From Dehalococcoidia bacterium (GTDB lineage Bacteria > Chloroflexota > Dehalococcoidia > Lucifugimonadales > UBA3495), in contig CBDANJ010000005.1 in assembly GCA_965197545.1 (NCBI GenBank), forward strand, positions 3,311 to 67,310: a stretch of DNA of 64,000 nt. Reading direction: 5' to 3'. Position numbers and translations under genes: made by a program. This document shows, one piece after another, positions 36,397-43,713 of the stretch (position 1 is its first letter; the number at the start of each line of letters is the position of its first letter). The notes below the pieces were generated by a model. It saw only the letters and a list, made by a program, of their open reading frames with translations, was not told where the DNA came from and did no database searches.

Positions 36397-37542
36397 CTAC
36401 AAGAGCTTTCGCTGGCCTCGCGGCTCGTTGGGCGCTCCGCGGTCTATCCCCGCGTGTGCGGGGGAGGGATGCGGAATGAGATCGTACCCCCTCAGTGATT
36501 GATCTTGTAGTGTAGGAACAAATAATTCATCCAAAAACAAAGGCGGGAAAGCGACGATTTCTTTGGCGAGAGTGGGATCTCTAGTCTTCACGATCTCCCA
36601 GGGGGACTGGTGATTCTTGTAGCTGTTCTTTCGGGCCAGGTTGAACCAGAGGTTGTAAGTGGTGGCCTTTTGCAGGAAGTCGTCTCGAGCGGAGAAGGTC
36701 TCCACCTCGTACAACTCATCCTCGATGATTCGATGCACCGTCTCCACATCGGCTTGCCAAGTATGAGCCCCCGGAGGGATGGTCTGGTGAGTCAGTCCAG
36801 GGACAGACTGAACGGTTTGAGTAAAGGCGCTGTCCTGCTGAGCATTCCAGCTGCCCACAAACTCAGCGCCGTTGTCGGTTTGAATCCGACACCCCCGAAA
36901 ACTCACTCCGCAGCTTTGCAGATAATCGACCAGCAAGCGGGCAAACAAGCGGGCATAGGTCAGGGAGCGCTCCTGGGCATAGCCAATAAACTGTAGACCA
37001 CTGACCACTTCTCGGGCGGTATACTGGACCGTGGGTAAGCCATGGCGGCGAATCTGTGGCCACAGTTCCGGGATGTCATTCAGATCCTTGGTATCCATCG
37101 AGATCTGCTCAAACAACCGCCACTGCTGCTTGATGGCTCTGAGATCATTCTTCGTTTTGTGTTTGCGTCGCTTCTTTTTGAGCAGTCCTTGCTCCCGCCA
37201 GATGCGCCGCAGCGCCTTTTCACTCAGTGCCAACTCATAGTCGCGTTTGATGCGGCCAGCTCCCCAGGAAGGGAGTTCCTTTTTGAGCCGAATGGCTTGG
37301 CGCTTCTGAGCTGGGGTAATGGCTCCAGCCGCTTGCTTCGGAGCTCGGCTTTGATCCCTCAATCCCGCATAACCTTGCTGCTGATACCGACGCAGCCATT
37401 TACGGACCGTCTTGGGGGTGGTGCCGAAGATTCGGGCTACCGGCTTGATCCCCTCCTGTTGAGCTAAACGCACCATGTACAGCCGAACGTATCGAGGATC
37501 TTTACTTTGTCGCATCAGATCATAATATGGGACAGGACACAC
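36397..37542 (-). CDS. IS481-like DDE transposase/integrase
   Basis: HTH plus rve core (RIQTDNGAEF, QADVETVHRIIEDE). The last ~28 codons (..PSPAHAGID..) read out of the element through the CRISPR repeat. Confidence 0.8.
   Translation of the reverse strand: MCPVPYYDLMRQSKDPRYVRLYMVRLAQQEGIKPVARIFGTTPKTVRKWLRRYQQQGYAGLRDQSRAPKQAAGAITPAQKRQAIRLKKELPSWGAGRIKRDYELALSEKALRRIWREQGLLKKKRRKHKTKNDLRAIKQQWRLFEQISMDTKDLNDIPELWPQIRRHGLPTVQYTAREVVSGLQFIGYAQERSLTYARLFARLLVDYLQSCGVSFRGCRIQTDNGAEFVGSWNAQQDSAFTQTVQSVPGLTHQTIPPGAHTWQADVETVHRIIEDELYEVETFSARDDFLQKATTYNLWFNLARKNSYKNHQSPWEIVKTRDPTLAKEIVAFPPLFLDELFVPTLQDQSLRGYDLIPHPSPAHAGIDRGAPNEPRGQRKLL
36441..36469 (+). CRISPR. type I-E-like CRISPR repeat (isolated, 3' end degenerate)
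   Basis: GGTCTATCCCCGCGTGTGCGGGGGAGGGA is identical to 37811-37835 over 25 nt. Separated from the other repeats by the IS481. Confidence 0.5.
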
Positions 37543-37740
37543 TGGACTTTGGCACCTCCTTTTCTTCTGTTTCGAGAAGAAAAGTTTGCCAAGCTGGTGT
37601 GTCCTTTCCGTTCGAGCCGACCGAAGGAGGCCACAGCTCCGTTCGCTACGCTCACTTCGTTCTGGCCTCCTTCCAGAAAATCCTTAATTCCTTCAACCCG
37701 GTTCTTCCTAGAATCTTGATCTTCCTCAGGGGGGTACGAT
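36481..37740 (-). mobile_element. IS481-family insertion sequence inside the CRISPR remnant
   Basis: About 40-bp imperfect IRs: ATCGTACCCCCTCAGTGATTGATCTTGTAGTGTAGGAAC versus the rc of the right end, ATCGTACCCCCCTGAGGAAGATCAAGATTCTAGGAAGAAC. Confidence 0.7.
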
Positions 37741-37749
37741 GTCTGTTCC

Positions 37750-37839
37750 GTTTCCCACCCGCGTGTGCGGGGGGACCTGGACACCGTGGGATGCAAGACT
37801 CTAAAATAGGGGTCTATCCCCGCGTGTGCGGGGGGACCT
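37750..37839 (+). CRISPR. two type I-E-like repeats with one 32-nt spacer
   Basis: GTTTCCCACCCGCGTGTGCGGGGGGACCT (37750) and GGTCTATCCCCGCGTGTGCGGGGGGACCT (37811). 61-nt period, 29 nt repeat plus 32 nt spacer. Palindromic core CCCCGCGTGTGCGGGG. Confidence 0.55.
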
Positions 37840-38043
37840 CACCCACAGGGGGTCACCTTCCGTGGCGAGGTTCCTTGCGTCGGAACCCCGGAAATCAAGG
37901 CGCGCCGATTTATCCTGGCCGTACGGTACCATAGCGAAATCGGAAATCCTGGCCTGACTCGGCGACCAAAATGGAAATCTCGGATTCTTTCGCCGGTAGA
38001 AGCGCTCTAGCGCTTTCATTTGTGCCGATTAGGAGGGGCGATC

Positions 38044-40770
38044 ATGCTCGATGCACTCAAGAATTTGACGGGCGGTAGCCGGACGAAAAAGCAGGCCGCG
38101 GATTTCGAGGCCTTGATCCTGGCGGCGAAGGAAGAACAAAGCGCCCTCAATGCCATGCTCGCACAGATTACCCTGCGCGGTTCGAAGGTGGCCCAGGTCG
38201 GCAAGACGCTCGAGCAGTTCGACGCGAAGACGGTCGCGACGAGCCAGAAGGTTACTGACGTCGACAAGCGCATCGCCGGCCTCGAGGAACGAACCCGGAC
38301 ATTTACGGAGATCGATGCGCGCATACAGGCGCTGCTGGCGATCGCGGAGCAAGCTCAGCAGAAGGCGGAGGGCTTGGTGGCTCCTGGCAGTGATCTACAG
38401 AAGCACCGACAGTCCGTCCAGCACCTCTCGTCGCAAATGCTCCAGACCCAGGCAGGCATTGATGCCCTCAAGCGAGAGCAGGCCACCCTGGAGGAGGCCC
38501 GGACCGCACTGCGCAAGACGCAGGGTGAGGTCAAGAGCACGATCGACGCTGCCGCGGTGGTCAAGGCCGAGCTCGATCAGGTCCGCGGTACCGCCGGCCA
38601 TCTATCGCAGGACTACGCGCGGCTGCGCGACGCGTCCAAAGAAGTACGCGAGGATTCCGTCGGGGCCGCGGAGTCGGTCAAGGAACTGGAGCGGAAACTC
38701 GGCCCGCTGATGCAGCTCCAGGAGCTGAGCAAGACGACCGAAGAGAAGCTTGCCGCCCTCAACGCCATGGCCGAGCATGTCTCACAGAAGGCCAAGGCCC
38801 TCGAGAGCCAGCGATCGACGGTGGAACGGGCCGTCGTCGAAGCCAAGCGACTGAACGAAATGGTCTGGAACATGGACGTCCAGATCAACCGGCTGAACGA
38901 AGGCGCGAAGGAGGCCCACCGTAGCGAGGAGACCATCGGCCGCATTGAGACACTCGTCCAGCAGACCAACGCCACGGTCGAAGGGGTGACAAAGGCCCGC
39001 GACGACATGGCGCGCGAGGCGGCGCGGTTTGAAAAGGATGGGCGGGCGCTCGTGGATGGCTTGCGCGCGTCCCTCGAGCGCGTTGCGCTCGAGAAGAAGG
39101 AATTCGAGGCGCTCGACTTGCGGCTGCGCGCACTGCAGGGCGCGGTCAAGGAAGCCGAAGCCAGCATGGAGGCGCTTGCCGTCAAGGAGCGGAATCTCTC
39201 CCAGCTCCACCAGAAGGCGGATGTCCTGCACCAGAGCTTCAAGGGACTCTCTGTGCAGGCAGACGAACTAGCGAAGAAGCAGGCCGGACTCGATATGCTG
39301 CAGGGCCGTCTCGCGCAGGTCGAGGAGTTGGCGAAACGGACGGCCCTGCAGCAGGAGACGCTGAAGCAGGGGCGACAGGAGCTCGAGACACTGCGCGGGG
39401 ACATTTATAAGTTCCACGAGTCCCACGCCCAAGTCGCCCGACTTGGCGACAAGCTGGCAGCCGACCGCGACGCGCTCGAAGCCTTCAGCGAGCGGATGAC
39501 GGCATTCATGCTCCGCACGCCGCAGATCGACGCCACGCTGAACGCGATCAATGGAAAGCTGGCGCTGGCCGATGAGGGGATCCAGCAGACGGTCCGGCTG
39601 GGTGAACTGGCCGGCGAGCTGGACACACAGGTGGATCGGCTTTCAGCTCGGACGCAGTTCGTCGACAAGCTGGAGGCCCGGATCGACGGCATGCACACGC
39701 TTGCTGCCGAAGTGGACGGTAAGCTGGCGGAGCAGCTCGCCCGCCGCTCCGAGCTCGACACCCTGAAGAGTCAGTGTGATTCGATTCTCGCGCGGACCCT
39801 CGACGCGGAGCAGAAGATTGAGTCGGTCGAGGCGCAGCAGCGAAAGCTTCTCCCCGTCACCAATCGCGTGTCCACCCTCGAGGCGCGCCTCGAGGCGGCT
39901 CACAGCCGCGTCAAGGAGATCCAGCAAGACGAGGCTGTCCTGCGCGAGCAGGAAACCCGACTGGCGGAATGTGTCGAAGCAAGCCGCGCGCTGGCCGACG
40001 AGACCAGCGCGCGAATGAAACAGACCCAGGCGCTGAACGACGAACTGACTCGTGCCGCCGTCACCAAAGACGAATTAGTTTCAGAACTCGCACGCATTCA
40101 GACACACCAGCGCGACGCGGCGGCGCGCGCTGAAACGACCGAGGATCAGATCAAACGCACCGAAACAATGTACAAGCAGATCGAACAGCGGCAGGGCCAG
40201 CTCGCATTCTCGGAAAGGAAGGTCGCGCTCGTCGAAGCGAAGATGGCCGAGCTGTCAGACAAAGCCGGTACCCTCGATCAGACGATCAAGGGCATTCTCG
40301 AGCGACAGGCGGTGGTGGTGGCCGTCAAGACCGAAGTGGACAGCGTCCACGAGATCAGCGCGCGCAGCCGGGCGGACCTGCAGTTCGTGACAGATCACCG
40401 GGACGAGGTGGCTGCCGTGCGGAGTCAGATCAATGATCTTCTGACCACAGCGCGGGAAACCGCGGAGAAGATCGCCGCCATCGAAGGGCGACAGGAGACG
40501 GTGGACGAGGTTCAGGCGAAAACGAATCTCATCTCGAACCTGCTCGAGGACGTGAGCGTGAATCTCGAAACACTCGTCGAGCAGAAGTCGATCATCGACA
40601 ATCTGACCGAGAAACTGGCCGGTGTTGACTTCACCATGCACGAGGCGCAGAACACGCTCCAGACGCTGAAGCACGAGCGCGAGCTGGCCGAACGCATGGA
40701 GAAGAGCATCAAGCAGCTTCGGACGAAAACCGTAAAGGCCGACCACCCGCGTAAATCGGCGACCGCCTAG
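38044..40770 (+). CDS. 909-aa cytoplasmic protein predicted to be almost entirely coiled coil
   Basis: AGGAGG RBS. No signal peptide, no Walker motif, no Cys/His clusters. Heptad-like A/E/L/Q/K/R-rich sequence end to end. Confidence 0.75.
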   Translation: MLDALKNLTGGSRTKKQAADFEALILAAKEEQSALNAMLAQITLRGSKVAQVGKTLEQFDAKTVATSQKVTDVDKRIAGLEERTRTFTEIDARIQALLAIAEQAQQKAEGLVAPGSDLQKHRQSVQHLSSQMLQTQAGIDALKREQATLEEARTALRKTQGEVKSTIDAAAVVKAELDQVRGTAGHLSQDYARLRDASKEVREDSVGAAESVKELERKLGPLMQLQELSKTTEEKLAALNAMAEHVSQKAKALESQRSTVERAVVEAKRLNEMVWNMDVQINRLNEGAKEAHRSEETIGRIETLVQQTNATVEGVTKARDDMAREAARFEKDGRALVDGLRASLERVALEKKEFEALDLRLRALQGAVKEAEASMEALAVKERNLSQLHQKADVLHQSFKGLSVQADELAKKQAGLDMLQGRLAQVEELAKRTALQQETLKQGRQELETLRGDIYKFHESHAQVARLGDKLAADRDALEAFSERMTAFMLRTPQIDATLNAINGKLALADEGIQQTVRLGELAGELDTQVDRLSARTQFVDKLEARIDGMHTLAAEVDGKLAEQLARRSELDTLKSQCDSILARTLDAEQKIESVEAQQRKLLPVTNRVSTLEARLEAAHSRVKEIQQDEAVLREQETRLAECVEASRALADETSARMKQTQALNDELTRAAVTKDELVSELARIQTHQRDAAARAETTEDQIKRTETMYKQIEQRQGQLAFSERKVALVEAKMAELSDKAGTLDQTIKGILERQAVVVAVKTEVDSVHEISARSRADLQFVTDHRDEVAAVRSQINDLLTTARETAEKIAAIEGRQETVDEVQAKTNLISNLLEDVSVNLETLVEQKSIIDNLTEKLAGVDFTMHEAQNTLQTLKHERELAERMEKSIKQLRTKTVKADHPRKSATA

Positions 40771-40812
40771 CCTTTTGCCGTCGGTCCCGGCGGGTGGCTG
40801 ACGCGTCCACCC

Positions 40813-40942
40813 GGTACTGTCAAGTTAAGTGGAATTCTCGGGTTTTGGAGGCGGAAACGGTCGGCGGCCGAATGTAGAATCAACAACTTAGGGAGTGGCC
40901 GAGCCGCTGATTAGACATCAAATCGGTTAACTTGACAGTACC
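40813..40942. mobile_element. 130-bp MITE with IS6-like termini (copy B)
   Basis: GGTACTGTCAAGTTAAG ... GGTTAACTTGACAGTACC. Has 16-bp terminal IRs. Confidence 0.75.
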
Positions 40943-41262
40943 CCTCGCCCGGTGCCTCCACCCCCGCCTTCCCTGGATGCTCCGCTCCCAGGCTGGCGTT
41001 CCCACCGCCTGGACAACGGGGACTGGGGCTCCATCTATCTTGGCGATCCCGCTGTGTTGCCCTCTGAGCTCGTCGGTGCAAAGATCGTCATGCAGTCGCG
41101 AAACGGCCAATCTTGGACCACCAACGTAACGACTGTCCTGGACCGTGGCAGCAGTCAGGTCATCGTCGCCGACTCCGGGAGGCCTTCGGAACCTTGATTT
41201 CCGGCTCCTGCCCAATTGGGCAGGAGCCCACAGATTCGTCCATCTCAAAGCAAGGAGAAACC

Positions 41263-41436
41263 ATGAGTAAAGACAAAGCAGAAGACGACGCGAAGAAAAT
41301 TGTGAGAGAAGAAACTGAACGGACCAAGCGCAGCGATGCGCGGAGGCAGAAACCGGAGAAGCAGGGGGGATTCGGGGACCTGTTCGAGGATATGTGGAGT
41401 GACCTGGAGGACTACGGGGATTCAAAAAAGGGGTGA
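41263..41436 (+). CDS. small charged protein (57 aa)
   Basis: AAGGAGA RBS 5 nt upstream. MSKDKAEDDAKKIVREETERTKRSDARRQKPEKQGGFGDLFEDMWSDLEDYGDSKKG. Confidence 0.5.
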   Translation: MSKDKAEDDAKKIVREETERTKRSDARRQKPEKQGGFGDLFEDMWSDLEDYGDSKKG

Positions 41437-41561
41437 GTATGGCGAGGTGGAATCAAGAATCGTTCCTTTGTGCAACCCTCTGGCGGTGCAGAGTGGCTCT
41501 CTGAGCTTGAGTTCCTGTCTCTTTGTGGTGGTTCTTTTCCCGGGGCTTTGTTTCTGGTGAT

Positions 41562-41711
41562 TTTTCCACAGGATTAGTCGCTCTTACTACTTGTACATCT
41601 TCTACTTGATCTTATTACTTGAGTGTCGTGGTGAATGTTCGAAGATTTCACCCCCGAATCGTGGTGAATGTTCGTGGAAAACTCTCCGGAATCACAGGAA
41701 GCTGTGGAAAG
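41562..41711 (-). other. iteron-type oriV (copy 4, inverted)
   Basis: TTTTCCACA at 41562; AGTAGTAAGAG-type repeats; iterons TCGTGGTGAATGTTCG at 41626 and 41659 (33-bp spacing); second box (rc CTTTCCACA) at 41703-41711. Confidence 0.6.
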
Positions 41712-41780
41712 CGCCCTCAGCTGCTCTGACGGAGGAATGGCGGGGGTCGAGGGATGCGGGATCAGCATTCCCTTGGCCGA
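41709..41780 (-). pseudogene. repA: repA 3' fragment
   Basis: SAKGMLIPHPSTPAIPPSEQLRAL matches the RepA C-terminus (compare TALGLLILHPSTPVIPPATDPLRF). Confidence 0.5.
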
Positions 41781-41808
41781 CCCGCGCTCTTCAAACGCCA
41801 GGGTAGAA

Positions 41809-42597
41809 TCAAAACCGGAATCGGATGCCTGCCTCGATCTGGTCGGCATCGATCGGCGCCCCCCGGCTAGAGCGAAAGCGATAGCCAAAGTGGAACTCCA
41901 CGCGCGGGGAGACCCGAGTCGAGAGGCCCGCCATGATCTGATAGGCAAACCGGGAATCCTCGTATGCGACGGTGGTCCTGAGAGGTTCGGTGGGAAAGCC
42001 GATGGTGGGAAGCTCGATGTTGGGAAAGATGATGTTGGGAAGGCCGATGGTTCCGAGTTCGTTCTCAACGGTGACGGTGGAGGTGAAGGCCCCATCATGG
42101 AAGAAGGCTCCAAGACCGAACCCGGCATAGGGACTCACTCTCCATTTGGGATAGCGGTAGTAGACATTGCCCATGAGGGAATGGGTCTTGATCTCTCCGT
42201 CGCTTTCTATGGTGATAGAGGGAAAGGGAATTTCAAAGCCTTCAACAATCAACCCGCCGACGCGTCCCGCCCGGGCTTGCCCTCCGCTGGCCTGGGAAAG
42301 ATTGACGATGGGATTACCGATACCGACTTTCTGGTATCCCCATTCCATCTCCGTCGAGAAGCCCTCTTTGAAGGCGTAACCGAAGGCTGCTGTAAACCCG
42401 CCTCCAGCTTTAAAATTGTCCCCTGGACCGCCGAGGCCGGCCGCTTGGCCCTTCGGGTCGTATGGGAAAACGGCTGATCCAGCAAAACCGACAAAAAACT
42501 CACCGTCTTTGTCAGCATCCTGCGCATTCAGAGGGCTATACGAGGACAAGACGACGAATAGGGTGAATAGGGTGAAAAAATATCGAAGGAGGTTCAT
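41809..42597 (-). CDS. outer-membrane beta-barrel protein
   Basis: Signal peptide ..SYSPLNA/QD. Alternating beta-strand pattern. C-terminal ..EAGIRFRF. Confidence 0.75.
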   Translation of the reverse strand: MNLLRYFFTLFTLFVVLSSYSPLNAQDADKDGEFFVGFAGSAVFPYDPKGQAAGLGGPGDNFKAGGGFTAAFGYAFKEGFSTEMEWGYQKVGIGNPIVNLSQASGGQARAGRVGGLIVEGFEIPFPSITIESDGEIKTHSLMGNVYYRYPKWRVSPYAGFGLGAFFHDGAFTSTVTVENELGTIGLPNIIFPNIELPTIGFPTEPLRTTVAYEDSRFAYQIMAGLSTRVSPRVEFHFGYRFRSSRGAPIDADQIEAGIRFRF

Positions 42598-42608
42598 TCC
42601 CACAATCT

Positions 42609-42741
42609 TCAACTACTCAGCCTGGGAATGGAAGATTTGGAGGGCGAGAGGATCAGCACGCCCTTGGCCGTCGAGTAGTTGAGGCCCGCCCAGGCGATTT
42701 TGATCTTCTTGAGCTCCCGCGAACAATCTTTACGGAAGTTA
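42609..42741 (-). pseudogene. repA: repA 3' fragment abutting the IS6 IR
   Basis: NFRKDCSRELKKIKIAWAGLNYSTAKGVLILSPS.. begins exactly at the IS6 terminal repeat (42742). Confidence 0.6.
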
Positions 42742-43568
42742 GGTTCTGGTGCAGACAGCGAAGGGGATTGGCGATAATGGGATAGGGCGCATCGCAAAAC
42801 TGAACGGAATCCTCTATTTGCCGGACGTTGGTTCGAAGACGACATCATTCTCCTCTGCCTTCGCTGGTATTTTCGCTTCAAACTAAGTTACCGAGACCTG
42901 GTCGCGATTTTAGGTGAGCGGGGTTTATCGATTTCGCATACCACGATCTTGCGTTGGGTCATTCGCTATGCCGAAACCTGCAAAAAGCGTTGGAGCCGAT
43001 TCGAGTGGCAGGTGGGTGGGAGCTGGCGAGTTGATGAAACGTTCATCAAGGTTCGGGGCCAGTTGATGTACCTGTATCGAGCCGTGGACGGACAGGGCAA
43101 CACCGTGGAGTTCTTTCTCAGTCGAACACGTGGCATCGCGGCGGCGGAGGCATTCTTTCGCAAGGCACTGAAGCATCATCGGGAGCCACACAGCATCACC
43201 TTGGATGGCCACCGGCCGAGCCATAGCGCGCTGCGGCGCATGGGAATGAACGGGGAGTTCAACTTCCGGGGCCCGAACCCGGTGAGAATTCGTTGCTGTC
43301 AATACCTGAACAATGTTGTGGAGCAGGACCACCGCCGGGTGAAGGGGCGATTGCGCCCGATGTTGGGGTTCAAAACGTTCTACAATGCGCGACGCGTCAT
43401 TATCGGCATCGAACTGGCGCAGAAGATTCACAAACGCCAGTTCGCAATTCCGATCACCTTGCAGTCGAATCCCGCCGTGACCTGGCGTCATGTCATGGCA
43501 GCATAGGCCGCATCGCCGCGGCGCACTCCTGGTCTTATCGCTCCGACAATCCTATCTGCACCAGAACC
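42742..43568 (+). mobile_element. IS6-family insertion sequence (827 bp)
   Basis: Perfect 14-bp IRs: GGTTCTGGTGCAGA at 42742-42755, with its rc at 43555-43568. Confidence 0.8.
42778..43506 (+). CDS. IS6-family transposase, start codon apparently lost
   Basis: The frame is open from 42778 and encodes ..RNPLFAGRWFEDDIILLCLRWYFRFKLSYRDL.. (family N-terminus). There is no ATG/GTG/TTG before Met at 42949; CGG sits where the start is expected. The DDE region, including YLNNVVEQDH, is intact. Confidence 0.6.
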   Translation, partial: WDRAHRKTERNPLFAGRWFEDDIILLCLRWYFRFKLSYRDLVAILGERGLSISHTTILRWVIRYAETCKKRWSRFEWQVGGSWRVDETFIKVRGQLMYLYRAVDGQGNTVEFFLSRTRGIAAAEAFFRKALKHHREPHSITLDGHRPSHSALRRMGMNGEFNFRGPNPVRIRCCQYLNNVVEQDHRRVKGRLRPMLGFKTFYNARRVIIGIELAQKIHKRQFAIPITLQSNPAVTWRHVMAA

Positions 43569-43713
43569 GCCTTAGCGTTGGATTTTGCACCGTTGCTACC
43601 GTAACCCCGCATAGAGCCCCCCCCGGGGTGGCCCTCACAAGCAGCAATGGGGTCCGGGCTACAGCACGGGCGCGTCTCGGCAGCATGAATCGCGTCTTCA
43701 GACGGACCCTCGT

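Noticed and set aside
36371-36410. Possible fourth CRISPR repeat upstream of 36441 (..GCAGCGCGTGAGTTGCCGGGGCTAC..), and another downstream of 37839.
   Set aside because: The similarity is weak. The GCGTG core is 10 nt out of the 61-nt phase, and nothing repeat-like is found at 37872.
40952-41197. 81-aa ORF (GTG start) immediately after MITE copy B, and the 85-aa ORF at 16829..17086.
   Set aside because: Neither has a convincing RBS or domain signature, and both lie in junction regions. They were left unannotated rather than called.
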